From assembly GCA_965218795.1 (NCBI GenBank), contig OZ244653.1, forward strand, positions 2,784,001 to 2,848,000: a DNA stretch of 64,000 nucleotides, written 5' to 3'. Source of the DNA: a bacterium (GTDB taxonomy: Bacteria; UBA8248; JACPRG01; G963555815). A model generated the notes under the pieces. The model worked only from the letters and a program-made list of their open reading frames with translations. It did not search any database and was not told the DNA's origin. Positions 50,187-60,187 of this stretch are shown here, piece by piece (position 1 is the stretch's first letter; every line of letters starts with the position of its first letter). Made by a program: the position numbers and the translations under genes.

Positions 50187-51893
50187 ATCAGTGTTTTGAC
50201 CCTACTAATTGTGCTTCCACGCTGTCGTACCTTATTCTGCCTATCTATCTCGATATACAACCGTGAAGAGTTAATTTCAAATTCGATGCATTCGAAATGG
50301 ACGGACACTTTCGAGTTGGTATTAGTCGCGATGTTAGGACAGACCACATCATCTCCTTGTCCCTAGCAAGCGTGCCGGTAATCGGATTCTCCATTAACAC
50401 CTACTCCTTTAATATTGATTGCTTCGTAGCGACGCCGCAAGCCGCATCCTGATTCCTCCATCATTGTATCGAAACCGCACCGATTCCACATTCTGTTCCC
50501 TGCTGACGGCATATGTCGTCTTGGCTGGTCCTTTTCCCCTTCATCTCCGACGCACGCGGCGCCGTGGGCGCAAATCTCTCGAACGCATGGCCGTGACTAC
50601 AGCATCGGTGTTTTCTGTCGAAAGGTACATGCCCGCTAGGTACCACGAAAAACACGCGATCTCGATCCCAAACTCTCGGGGATCGCCCTATGATATCCAA
50701 TCCGTACGATTTGGTGCGGCCATACAGGATTTTGTCGCCCCGGATGCGCGTTTTGCCTCCCGAAGGTCGTGGCTGTGGTTAGGCGGTTGAAACGTCCGGG
50801 GTCCGATTGGAGTTGACCCGGGCGATTTCAAGCGGTCAACGGAACGGTCTTGGCGAAGACCTCACATGGTGTCATCCAGCCGAGCGTTTGTCGAGGGCGG
50901 GCGTTGAACTCTCGAGCGACGGCGTCGAGCTCGTCCTGGGAGTGGAGGGATAGGTCAGTCCCCTTCGGGAAGTACTGACGCAAGAGACCCTTGGTGTTCT
51001 CGCTCGTTGCGCGCTGCCATGGGCTTTTCGGATCGCAGAAGTAGACGGCAACGCCGGTCTCGATGGTGAAGCGGACGTGCTCGGCCATCTCCTTGCCCTG
51101 GTCCCAGGTGAGCGTGCAACGGAGTTGGTTGGGCAAAGCCGTCAACTGTTCGGCGAGGACCCGCCGAACCTCAGGAGCCCCCCGCCCGTCCGGAAGGTGG
51201 AGGAGCAGCACATAGAGACTCCTCCGCTCGACCACCCCACCGATGGCTGAGTGACCTACCTCGCCAAGGATCAGGTCCCCCTCCCAATGCCCCGGGATGG
51301 CCCGATCGGAAGCCTCAGGCGGTCGTTCGGCGATCGAGACCATGTTGCGCAGCCGGCCGGCACCGTCGAGCCGTCGCCGAGAATGTCTGCGTGTGCGTCG
51401 GGTTCGCAGATACGCTGTGAGCTCTTTACGGAGCGCCCCGCGGGCTTGGACGAACAAGGACCGATAGATCGTCTCGTGAGACACATGCATCTCGGGACCG
51501 TCAGGATGCTCGAGCTTGAGGCGATGGGCAATCTGCTCCGGGGACCAGCGCTGGGCGAGCCACCGCTCTACCTTCGCACGCAGCCGTGGGTTGCGTGCCA
51601 GCTTCGCCGTCTTCGGTCGGCGCGCCATTCTCCTCGCCCGCCGCTCGGCTCGCCAGGCTCGATATCGGTTCCGAGATCCGTTGGCGACTACTTCCCGCGA
51701 GATGGTTGAGGGCGCTCGATTCAGCCGCCTGGCGATCGCTCTGAACGAATCGCCAGCCTTCAACCCTCGTGAAATCTCCTCTCGCTCCCCAACCGTCAGT
51801 CGAAGTGGAGAACGCACTCGCCGATGACCTGCCCCCTTCAAACGGGTCCAGTTTATAAATGAGTATTCCTGGATTTTCGGAAGGAGGGGAAGG

Positions 51894-52172
51894 ATGGCAA
51901 GGAAGCGGTTTACGGCCGAGCAGATCATCATCAAGCTGCGAGAGGCGGAGGTGGCCCAGTCCCAGGGGAAGACGGTAGGCCAGGTGTGCAAGCAGATCGG
52001 GGTGACGGAGCAAACCTACTACCGGTGGAGGAAGGAGTACGGGGGTCTGAGGATGGACCAGGCCAAGCGTCTGAAGTCCCTGGAGCAGGAGAATGCCCGG
52101 CTGAAGAAGCTGGTGGCGGATCTGTCCCTGGACAACCAGCTCCTGAAGGAAGTCTCCTCGGGAAACTTCTAA
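51894..52172 (+). CDS. IS3 transposase OrfA
   Basis: RKRFTAEQII..TYYRWRKEYGG..LEQENARLKKLVADL; slippery GGGAAAC at 52160-52166. Confidence 0.93.
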   Translation: MARKRFTAEQIIIKLREAEVAQSQGKTVGQVCKQIGVTEQTYYRWRKEYGGLRMDQAKRLKSLEQENARLKKLVADLSLDNQLLKEVSSGNF

Positions 52173-53065
52173 GCCCGGCGAAGCGGAGACGAGTCGTGGT
52201 ATGGGTCAGAGAGCGATTCGGGCCTGAGCGAGTCTTCGAGCGTCGGGCCTGCCGCGTGCTGGGACAGGCCAGATCGACCCAACGAAGAATCCCGCAGTTC
52301 CCCAAGGAAGAGGCGCAACTGGTGATCCGGATGGTGGAACTGGCCAGTCAGTACGGCCGATACGGCTACCGGAGGATCACGGCCATGCTTCGTTGGGAGG
52401 GGTGGAAGGTGAACCACAAGCGCGTGGAAAGGCTCTGGAGGCAGGAGGGGCTGAAGGTCCCGTCCAGACAGCCGAAACGCAGGAGACTGTGGCTCCATGA
52501 CGGCTCTTGCGTGCGCCTGAGACCGACTCATCGGAACCATGTCTGGAGCTATGACTTCATGCATGAGCGCACCCAAGAAGGGAGGGCTTTCCGGCTGCTG
52601 ACCATTTTGGATGAGTACAGCCGAGAATGTATATCCATTGATGTCCAAAGGCAGATGAATCACCAGGATGTGCTGGAGCGGTTGGCAGAGTTGTTTGTGG
52701 GCCGGGGCGTCCCTGAATACCTCCGGTCAGATAACGGGTCGGAGTTCACAGCGAGGGTGGTCAGGCACTGGCTCAAGGCGGTTGGCGTGAGGACATTGTA
52801 TATCGAGCCAGGGAGTCCCTGGGAGAACGGATATGTGGAGAGTTTCAACGGGAAGCTGAGGGATGAGCTCCTGAACGTGGAGAGCTTCGAGACCCTGAAA
52901 GAGGCCCAGGTGCTGGTGGAGAGGTGGAGGCGGGAGTACAACCAGCGACGGCCTCACAGTGCCTTGGCCTACCGGCCACCCGCACCAGAGGCCAGATTCC
53001 CAAGAACCCAAGCCCTGGCGCCGGTTCCCCGGAGTGGACTGCAAAGGGTCCCGTGTCTAACGTAG
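52160..53065 (+). CDS. IS3 transposase OrfB (DDE), reached by -1 frameshift
   Basis: YGYRRI, WSYDF, SDNGSEF, PGSPWENGYVESFNG, YNQRRPHSAL. Confidence 0.93.
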   Translation, partial: GKLLSPAKRRRVVVWVRERFGPERVFERRACRVLGQARSTQRRIPQFPKEEAQLVIRMVELASQYGRYGYRRITAMLRWEGWKVNHKRVERLWRQEGLKVPSRQPKRRRLWLHDGSCVRLRPTHRNHVWSYDFMHERTQEGRAFRLLTILDEYSRECISIDVQRQMNHQDVLERLAELFVGRGVPEYLRSDNGSEFTARVVRHWLKAVGVRTLYIEPGSPWENGYVESFNGKLRDELLNVESFETLKEAQVLVERWRREYNQRRPHSALAYRPPAPEARFPRTQALAPVPRSGLQRVPCLT

Positions 53066-53334
53066 CACGTGGTCTCGTTAGTGGGGGCAGGTCACCGACG
53101 TGGCGGGTAGCCGCCCGTCCGTACCAGCAACCGCTGCACCGACTTCGTGGAGCATCCGATGGCTGATGCGATCTCCGCGTGTGTCTGACCGGCTCTGATC
53201 CGTTCTCTGATCTCGAGGCGATCACTCCGGCTTAGCCTTCCATGCTCCTCCCGTGGCCGCATCACCACCCCCTGGCAATGAGTTGATCATTACCAAGATG
53301 GTGCGTCGACCCCTTGAGACCGCCGGGGTAACTC

Positions 53335-53545
53335 CAGCTCCTCCTTCTGTACGGAGCCGCTTTGCGGCTCGGAGAGGCGCTGCGCCTCACGCTGGCGGAC
53401 ATCGACCTGTCGGCTGTGGTGCTGACCGTGCGCGACACGAAGCTCTACAAGAGTCGCCTCGTTCCACTCGGATCACAACTCGCCCATGTGCTGATAACAT
53501 ATGCGGCGCGGCGTGCGGGGCGTTCTCTCCCGGAGGGGAAGGATT
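53335..53545 (+). pseudogene. Tyrosine recombinase fragment (RIT-element type)
   Basis: LLLLYGAALRLGEALRLTLADIDL...VRDTKLYKSRLVPL; the TK..KSR.VP motif is typical of RIT recombinases. Confidence 0.7.
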
Positions 53546-53559
53546 CTGAACGTGAAAGC

Positions 53560-53624
53560 TTATGTTGCGGTGATTTAGGGTCCGAGCTGAGCTGGCAAAC
53601 GGCACCACGATCACCGCAACATAA
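53560..53624. repeat. Perfect 15-bp inverted repeat TTATGTTGCGGTGAT / ATCACCGCAACATAA, probable RIT end
   Basis: Arms at 53560-53574 and 53610-53624, directly after the recombinase fragment. Confidence 0.7.
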
Positions 53625-53862
53625 CGACACTCACATCACCAACGAGCATTGCCGTGCGTTCAATGCATTGACCAACGGACAATATCGAAATTTTTGTCTC
53701 TTTTCCTGTTCCTGCGACGGCCACCCCGCGGTTGCCATCGCGGCCGTCAACGTCCGTCCGTCCGGCGAAGAGGGCGGCGAGGACGAATACCGCGTTCAGC
53801 CCCTGTTCGTCTCTGTGACCCCCTCGATGAAACTCACCGACCACGACGGCCGGGAGGCCTGA
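53625..53862 (+). pseudogene. 5'-interrupted small hypothetical gene of the mobile element
   Basis: THITNEHCRAFNALTNGQYRNFCLFSC...QPLFVSVTPSMKLTDHDGREA-stop begins right at the inverted repeat, with no start codon of its own. Confidence 0.4.
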
Positions 53863-53994
53863 GCGGCCATCCACCGGTCACATCCCCCGGCCTTGCCTGT
53901 CGCCACCGGGAGGCGAGGCCGGCTCGGGGATGGGCGAAGGCCGGACGTCCGAGGGGGTGTCCGCGCCGCGGCTTCCCTTCGTCCGGAGACTGCC

Positions 53995-55020
53995 ATGACC
54001 GATCCCGACACCATCTCCGCCGACTATTCCCTGCGCCCTAGCGAGCTCGCCGGGACCCTGTCCCTGCTGGTCGAGGCCCGCCAGCCGGCCATAGTCTGGG
54101 GGCCGCCCGGATGCGCCAAGTCCCGGATCGCCCAACAGGTCGCCGCCGATGCGGGCCGCGAGTACGTCGACGTCCGCGCCCTGCTGCTCGATCCCGTCGA
54201 TCTGCGCGGCATCCCGTGGCGCGACGCCGCCGACCGCACCCGCTGGGCGCCCCCGGCCTTCCTTCCTCCGTCGGATCAAGAGGGCCGCTGGCTCGTCAAC
54301 CTGGAGGAGCTGCCCTCGGCCGCACCCATGGTCCAGGCGGCCCTGTACCAGCTCGTGCTCGACCGGCGCTGCGGCGAGTACGAGCTCCCCGACGGCGCCT
54401 CGCTCATCGCCTGCGGTAACCGGGAGAGCGACCGCGGCGTCACCCACCGCATGCCCACCCCGCTCGCGTCTAGGTTCGTCCATCTGGAGATCCGTGTGGA
54501 TGTCCCGGACTGGTGCGCCTGGGGCGCGGCCAACGGCATCGCGCCCGAGGTGCTCTTCTTCATCCAGATGCGGCCCGAGCTGCTGCACCAGTTCGACCCG
54601 CAGTCGCGGGAGAAGGCCTTTCCCTGTCCGAGGACCTGGGAGTTCGTCTCCAACATCGTGCACCGAAGGAACGGCCTCGACCCCGTGGCCGAGCGAGCCC
54701 TGTTCCGGGGCGCCGTGGGCGAGGCCGCCGCGGTGGAGTTCTCGGCCTTTCTCAAGGTCTGGCGCGAGCTGCCCCATCCCCGGGCCGTGATCGACGATCC
54801 GGAGAATGCCGCCGTCCCCGACAACGCCAGCGCGCTCATCGCCCTCTGCGGCTCCCTCTACCGGCTCGCCGACGACATCAACCTCAAGGCCATCGTGACC
54901 TACGCCACGAGGCTCAGGCGCGAGGTCGGCGAGTTTCTGGTGGGTTCGTGCATCCGCCGCGACCCGGCGCTCCAGCACAGCCCGGCCTTCATCCAGTGGG
55001 CGGCCGCCAGGACCCAGTGA
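53995..55020 (+). CDS. MoxR-like AAA+ ATPase
   Basis: WGPPGCAKS, DPVDLRGIP, NLEEL, ACGNR, PLASRF.H, PCPRTWE; GGAG RBS before ATG 53995. Confidence 0.85.
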   Translation: MTDPDTISADYSLRPSELAGTLSLLVEARQPAIVWGPPGCAKSRIAQQVAADAGREYVDVRALLLDPVDLRGIPWRDAADRTRWAPPAFLPPSDQEGRWLVNLEELPSAAPMVQAALYQLVLDRRCGEYELPDGASLIACGNRESDRGVTHRMPTPLASRFVHLEIRVDVPDWCAWGAANGIAPEVLFFIQMRPELLHQFDPQSREKAFPCPRTWEFVSNIVHRRNGLDPVAERALFRGAVGEAAAVEFSAFLKVWRELPHPRAVIDDPENAAVPDNASALIALCGSLYRLADDINLKAIVTYATRLRREVGEFLVGSCIRRDPALQHSPAFIQWAAARTQ

Positions 55021-55044
55021 CACCCCATTTCGGAGATCAACACC

Positions 55045-55944
55045 ATGAACCTTACCCATGATGCGATGCTGGTCAGCCTCAGGATCAACGCCTGGTCGGG
55101 CAGGCTCTACGACCGCCAGGCCAGCCGTCACGTGGCCATCCATCACGACGCCAGCGCGAGCGCCGGGCGTTACAACAAGCGCCTTTTGCCCAAGCCGGCT
55201 TTCGCCGCGCTCTCCGCGGCCATGAACAGGGCCCGGACCACCCATTACGAGAACACCCTGCCCTGGGACGACCAGGGGCCCCGCCTGCTCACCGTGGCCA
55301 ACTACGACCGCTACACGGCCGAGCTCGACGCCTTGAGCGAGCGCGTGGTGCGGGAACGCGCCCGCTTCATCCAGGATTACGACGATTACGTCGACCAGGC
55401 CCGTCTCGACCTCGGCCGGCTGTTCCGCATCGAGGACTATCCCTCCAAGGACTCGCTCCGGGACAGGTTTTCCGTCGCCTATCGCATCGTCCCGGTCCCC
55501 GACGCGGACCATTTCATGGCGGAGCTCGCTTCGGGCGACGCCGACCGGGTCAAGCGGGATATCGAGCAACAGGTCCGGGACCGTCTGAACGACGCGGTGA
55601 GCGACCTCTACCGGCGCCTGGGCGAGGCGGTCGATCACGTGGGCGAGCGCCTGCGCGAGGACGGGGAGGGAAAACCCCTGGTGTTCCGCGACAGCCTGAT
55701 CGAGAACATCCGAGGCCTGGTGGACGTGGCGCCAAGGCTCAACATCTTCGGCGACGACCATCTGGCCATGCTGTGCCAGGAGGTCAAGGACCGGATCGCG
55801 GGCGTCGAGCCGGATACGCTCAGACCCTCGCGACAATTCGATCCGGCCGTCCGCCGACAGGTCAAGCGCGACGCCGACGAACTCGCGGCCCGGTTCGCCG
55901 GCTACTTCGCGCCATCGGCCACCACGGACCGGGAGGCGGCCTGA
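55045..55944 (+). CDS. DUF3150-like hypothetical protein
   Basis: MLVSL.I..WSG..D, GRYNKRLLP, TLPW..G.RLL, DYP..L..RF, FRDSL; lies between the AAA and vWA genes. Confidence 0.6.
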   Translation: MNLTHDAMLVSLRINAWSGRLYDRQASRHVAIHHDASASAGRYNKRLLPKPAFAALSAAMNRARTTHYENTLPWDDQGPRLLTVANYDRYTAELDALSERVVRERARFIQDYDDYVDQARLDLGRLFRIEDYPSKDSLRDRFSVAYRIVPVPDADHFMAELASGDADRVKRDIEQQVRDRLNDAVSDLYRRLGEAVDHVGERLREDGEGKPLVFRDSLIENIRGLVDVAPRLNIFGDDHLAMLCQEVKDRIAGVEPDTLRPSRQFDPAVRRQVKRDADELAARFAGYFAPSATTDREAA

Positions 55945-57236
55945 TGGCCGGCCGGGCCCGATCGGAATCAGGGCGGCGGGTCAGCGATTGCGTGACCGCC
56001 TTGCTCCGGGATCAGCCCTTCTTCGGCAGCCTGGCGCTGAGATTGCCCATCCGTGCCGACCCGAGCCGCGAGACCCTGGCGAGCGATGGCAAGGACATCC
56101 GGTTTTCACCCCAATGGGTCGCAAGGGCCGACGCCGACTGGATCAAGACCGCGATCGGCCGCGTGGTCCTGGCCTGCGCGCTCAAGCACCACACCCGACG
56201 GGGCGACCGCGACCCGGAACGCTGGCAACGGGCCTCCCAGCTCGTCACGCACGGGCTTCTGCGCGACGCGGGGTTCAATCTGCCGCCCGATGCCGATGCA
56301 TGGGACGACATCAGCGTGGAGCAGGCCTATGACCGCCTCCCGGAACCGAAGGACGACCCGGACGACAAGGACGGCGGAACCCCGTCCAAAGGCCCGGCAG
56401 GTTCATCAGCCAGTAACAACAGCGATTCCGACGGGTCTCCGGACTCCACGGACGCCGACGGCGAGACGGAGCCGGGTAACCAGAACCCGTCCCCACCGAG
56501 CTTCGATCCCTCGGGCACGGGCGAGGTCATGGACGCGGGCGCCCGTTGTGACGACGGCGGTGACACGGACGATCCGCTCGACACCGCGGCCGAGGAGCAG
56601 GCCTGGGACGAGGCCATGCACCAGGCCGCGAGCCTCGCCCGGGCCCAGGGCAAAGCGCCGGGCGCAATCGAGGAGGCGATCCGGGACGCCCATTGCAGCG
56701 TTCTCGACTGGCGGGCCCTCCTGCGCCGCTACATGGTCGATGCGGCCCGTCGGGACTACAGCTGGAGCTTTCCCAACGGGCGCTTCATCGACCAAGGTCT
56801 CTACCTGCCGTCTATCCGCTCCGAGGGGATCGATACCATCGCCGTCATCATCGACACCTCGGCCTCCCTGCCTGCCGAGACGCTCTCCGTGTTCTGGTCC
56901 GAGGTCCGGGAGATCGCCGCCGAGTTGCAGCCCGACTCCGTTCTCGTCCTGCAGGTCGATGCCGCCCTGCAGGATGCCACCGAGTATTCGGCCGGCGACC
57001 TGCCCGAGCGCATCGCGTTGAAGGGTAGAGGCGGTACGGACTTCCGGCCGGGTTTTGCATGGCTCGCCGAGCACGGACAGCGGCCGGGCTGCTGCCTCTA
57101 TCTCACCGACATGGAGTGCCATCGCTACCCCGAGATCGAGCCGGACTTTCCGGTGATCTGGTGCGACTGGGGGCCGGGGCCCGGGGAGTGGAACCGCGAG
57201 CCCTGGGGCGAGCGCATCGACATCAAGACGGCGTGA
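55944..57236 (+). CDS. DUF2201-type peptidase-like plus vWA domain protein
   Basis: PFFGSLAL, ASDG, acidic linker, LDWR.LL, DYSW..P..R, IIDTSAS MIDAS, GRGGTDFRP, YLTD; TGATG coupling at 55942-55946. Confidence 0.85.
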   Translation: MAGRARSESGRRVSDCVTALLRDQPFFGSLALRLPIRADPSRETLASDGKDIRFSPQWVARADADWIKTAIGRVVLACALKHHTRRGDRDPERWQRASQLVTHGLLRDAGFNLPPDADAWDDISVEQAYDRLPEPKDDPDDKDGGTPSKGPAGSSASNNSDSDGSPDSTDADGETEPGNQNPSPPSFDPSGTGEVMDAGARCDDGGDTDDPLDTAAEEQAWDEAMHQAASLARAQGKAPGAIEEAIRDAHCSVLDWRALLRRYMVDAARRDYSWSFPNGRFIDQGLYLPSIRSEGIDTIAVIIDTSASLPAETLSVFWSEVREIAAELQPDSVLVLQVDAALQDATEYSAGDLPERIALKGRGGTDFRPGFAWLAEHGQRPGCCLYLTDMECHRYPEIEPDFPVIWCDWGPGPGEWNREPWGERIDIKTA

Positions 57237-57279
57237 GAGCGCCCGGCGCACATCCGAACCCCCATCAGAGGAGTCCGTC

Positions 57280-57873
57280 ATGCCCCACGATATCGTCTCG
57301 ACCGGGCGCGCCGCCCGCATCCTGATCGAACGCGATCCGGGTCCCGGCGACCGGCTCGACGCCTTTCTCCTGCTCGCCGGCCAGGAGTATCTGTGGCGCC
57401 GCCGAGATCGCCCCGACGCCGACTTCGGCGAGGCGGTCCGCATGTACGAGGCCGCGGCCGGCCGGCGCCTCCCGAGGCCCGCGTCGCTCCCCTTCTTCGG
57501 CGTGGTGAAGCGGCGGCGCAGCGAGCGTCGCCGGGAAGTCGCCGTCTGGCTCGCGGGCCGCTTCCTCGGCTGGCTGTACAGCCCCGATGGCCGGGGCCGT
57601 GCTTCCGACACGGACTGGCGTCCGGGCGCCAGCCTGTTGATTGGCCTGGGGCTGCCGTACGAAACGGCCCTGAAGGAGCCTCCCCGTTCGCTCCCCCATG
57701 CCGAGCGTCGCGTGACCGAGCTCGCCATCGCGAACGTCGTCGACCCCGGCGTCCCGATGCCGCCTGCACGCCTCCACAAGTCCGAGCCGGGCCGGCCGGG
57801 GCGAGTCCGGGAAGACTCGAGGGGGCCTTCGGGCGTTTCCATGCAATCCATACAAGGAGGTATCCACCCATGA
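57280..57873 (+). CDS. Hypothetical protein
   Basis: GAGGAG RBS, same strand as neighbours, stop overlaps the ParB start; C-terminal part may be read-through into intergenic sequence. Confidence 0.55.
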   Translation: MPHDIVSTGRAARILIERDPGPGDRLDAFLLLAGQEYLWRRRDRPDADFGEAVRMYEAAAGRRLPRPASLPFFGVVKRRRSERRREVAVWLAGRFLGWLYSPDGRGRASDTDWRPGASLLIGLGLPYETALKEPPRSLPHAERRVTELAIANVVDPGVPMPPARLHKSEPGRPGRVREDSRGPSGVSMQSIQGGIHP

Positions 57874-60089
57874 CCCATATTGAACCGGTCATCCGGTCCA
57901 TTCCGCTGAGCCAGCTGGAGCTCGCGCCCGAGAACGTGCGCAAGACCCCGGCCGATCCGGCTGCGCTGGCCGAGCTCAAGGCCTCCATCGCAGCCCACGG
58001 GCTGCTCGAGAACCTGGTCGCCCGGGCCCAAGGTCCCGGCGAAGATGGCGTCGGGCACTATGCGGTGATCGCCGGCGGCCGGCGGCTCGCCGCCCTGCAG
58101 GCCCTCGCCGGCGAGGGGGTCCTCGATGAGGACCAACCCGTGCCCTGCCGCATGACCGGCGCCTCCGAGAGCGCCGGCGAACTCTCGCTCGCCGAGAACG
58201 TGATCCGCATCGCCATGCACCCCGCGGACCAGGTGATCGCGTTCCACGGGCTCGCCCAGGCCGGGCTCACCGTGTCCGCCATCGCCGCGCGCTTCGGCGT
58301 CTCCGAGCGCCTGGTCGAACAGCGCCTGCGGCTCGGCCATGCGGCCCCGGAACTGCTCGACGCCTACCGGGCCGACGAGATCGACCTGGAGACCCTCAAG
58401 GCCTTTGCGGTCACCATGGACCACGGCCGCCAGATGGCGGTCTGGGAACAGGTGACGAGCCAGGGCTGCCGGCCCGGGGCCTGGCAGGTGAAGCGCATGC
58501 TGACCGAGGACCAGATGTCCGCCGCGTCGGCTGCGGCCCGTTTCGTCGGTATCGAGGCCTATGAGGCGGCAGGCGGGACCATCACGCGGGACCTCTTCGC
58601 GCAAGAGGACGACCGCGGGATCTGGTTCGACGATCCGGTGCTCCTGAACGAGCTTGCCATGAAGAAGCTTCGGCCGGCGGCGGACGAACTGGCCACGCGC
58701 TGGAAGTGGGCCGAGGCGGCCCTGGAGGCCGACTGGAGCGCCACCGCGGGTTTCGGCCGGATCCGTCCCGAGCCGGCCGTTCCCACCGACGAGGAAGAGG
58801 TCGAACAGGAGCGCCTGCGCACCCGCCACGACGAGCTCGCCAACCTGGACGACGACGGCTGGACCGAAGAACGGGTCGAGGAGGCCGAAGCCATCGAGAC
58901 GCGCCTCGACGGGATCGACGCGGCCGTGGAAGCACGGGCCGCCTTCCGGCCCGAGGACATGGCCATGGCCGGGTGCATCGCGACCGTCGGCCGCGACGGC
59001 GCGCTCGAGGTCATCCAGGGCCTGGTCAGGCCCGAGGACATGCCGGAGACCACCGGCGAGGGCGGAGACGTCCAGGAGGCCGGGAACCACGGCGTCGGAA
59101 CCGAATCCGGCCGCGTGGATGCGCCGGCCATCACCGCTCCCATCGCAACGCCCGCCGACCCGCGCGCCAAGGCCCGGGAGGAGGCCGGCGTGGGCATCGG
59201 CCTCGCCGACGACCTGCGGACGATCCGCACGGCCCTGATCAAGGCCCATCTGGCCCGGGACTTCGAGGCCGCCTTCGACCTGATGGTGTTCCAACTCGGC
59301 CGGGCCGTGTTCACCGAGGGCTGTCGCGCGAATGCCCTCGACATCGCCGTCAAGGAGACCGCCGACCGGCCGGCCATGCGGGTGAATGACGAGGAGTTTG
59401 CCGGCTGGAGCCCGGGCGAGGCCATGTTGGCCGACCGCTCCGGCCTTTCCTTGGACTGGCTGGACCATGAGGACGACGGCCAAGCCTTCGCGGCCTTGCG
59501 GGCGCTTCCGCAGGCGGAGAAGCAGGCTTTGTTCGCGGCGGCGGTCGCGCGCACGGTCAAGGGCCAGCTCGCCTTCGAGCCCGACGCCCGGCCCGAGCTG
59601 GAAGCCACGACCGCCCGGCTCGACATCGACTTCGCGGCCCATGTCCGCCCGAGCGCGGACATGCTCTGGTCCCGGATCCGCAAGGACCGGATCCTCGCGG
59701 TGGCGCGCGAGACCCTGGGCCCTGCCTGGGCCTCGGCGCGGTCGAAGTACAAGAAGGCCGACCTCGCCAAGACGATGGAAGGGGCTTTCGCGACCGGAGA
59801 CCCGCCCCTCGGTCTCGCCGCCTCGGCGCATGCCGCCGCGCTCGCATGGACCCCGCCCGGCTTCGCGCCCTTCGATGCCGGGCCCATGGACGACCCGGAC
59901 ACGGCCGGGGACGTTCCGCCGGTGGCTGAAGACGACGACGCCCCGGCCGGCGAACCGGATACAGTTCCACAGCCTGCCGAGGCGGAAGCTGCCGATGGCC
60001 GGCCCAGCATCGACGTCTCCGAGGAGAACGTCCTCACCCCGCCAGGGGTCAACGGCCACGACATCCCGGAGTTCCTGCGCCGGGCCTGA
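57870..60089 (+). CDS. ParB/RepB/Spo0J domain protein with long C-terminal region (ICE/plasmid type)
   Basis: NVRK, LKASIAAHGLLENL, VIAGGRRLAAL, SLAEN..R..MHPADQ; AAGGAGG RBS before ATG 57870. Confidence 0.88.
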   Translation: MTHIEPVIRSIPLSQLELAPENVRKTPADPAALAELKASIAAHGLLENLVARAQGPGEDGVGHYAVIAGGRRLAALQALAGEGVLDEDQPVPCRMTGASESAGELSLAENVIRIAMHPADQVIAFHGLAQAGLTVSAIAARFGVSERLVEQRLRLGHAAPELLDAYRADEIDLETLKAFAVTMDHGRQMAVWEQVTSQGCRPGAWQVKRMLTEDQMSAASAAARFVGIEAYEAAGGTITRDLFAQEDDRGIWFDDPVLLNELAMKKLRPAADELATRWKWAEAALEADWSATAGFGRIRPEPAVPTDEEEVEQERLRTRHDELANLDDDGWTEERVEEAEAIETRLDGIDAAVEARAAFRPEDMAMAGCIATVGRDGALEVIQGLVRPEDMPETTGEGGDVQEAGNHGVGTESGRVDAPAITAPIATPADPRAKAREEAGVGIGLADDLRTIRTALIKAHLARDFEAAFDLMVFQLGRAVFTEGCRANALDIAVKETADRPAMRVNDEEFAGWSPGEAMLADRSGLSLDWLDHEDDGQAFAALRALPQAEKQALFAAAVARTVKGQLAFEPDARPELEATTARLDIDFAAHVRPSADMLWSRIRKDRILAVARETLGPAWASARSKYKKADLAKTMEGAFATGDPPLGLAASAHAAALAWTPPGFAPFDAGPMDDPDTAGDVPPVAEDDDAPAGEPDTVPQPAEAEAADGRPSIDVSEENVLTPPGVNGHDIPEFLRRA

Positions 60090-60121
60090 ACCGCCCGGGG
60101 AAGCGCATTCCCATCCACTAC

Positions 60122-60154
60122 AGCGCCCCGCCGGTCCTTTGCCGGTGGGGCGCT
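60122..60154 (+). terminator. GC-rich stem-loop after the ParB gene
   Basis: AGCGCCCCGCCGG / CCGGTGGGGCGCT arms followed by a weak pyrimidine tail. Confidence 0.45.
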
Positions 60155-60187
60155 CTTCGTTTCGATGTATTTCACGGAGACCTCCCT

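Larger units (their letters stand above)
51825..53094 (+). mobile_element. IS3 family insertion sequence (IS407-like), 1270 bp
   Basis: Ends TGACCTGCCCCC / GGGGGCAGGTCA; 4-bp target duplication CCGA at 51821-51824 and 53095-53098. Confidence 0.95.
50828..53262 (-). pseudogene. IS30 transposase split into 53262..53095 and 51824..50828
   Basis: WSPEQI, VSHETIY, GHWEGD, TWDQGKEM, SPWQR. Removing the IS3 and one CCGA copy restores the frame GGYPPRRRVRSPLRL. Confidence 0.9.
50821..53324 (-). mobile_element. IS30 family element, interrupted by an IS3 element
   Basis: Imperfect IRs GGCGATTTCAAGCGGTCAACGGAACGGTCTTGG (50821-50853) and CCAAGATGGTGCGTCGACCCCTTGAGACCGCC (53293-53324). Confidence 0.85.

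Noticed and set aside
50200-50820. Short ORFs between the SIR2 gene and IS30, and at 45740..46310 and 6280..6830
   Set aside because: No recognisable motifs or convincing start signals; left unannotated.
50828-51991. 387-aa ORF as a complete IS30 transposase
   Set aside because: Its first ~55 codons are antisense IS3 sequence; the true N-terminus lies at 53262..53095.
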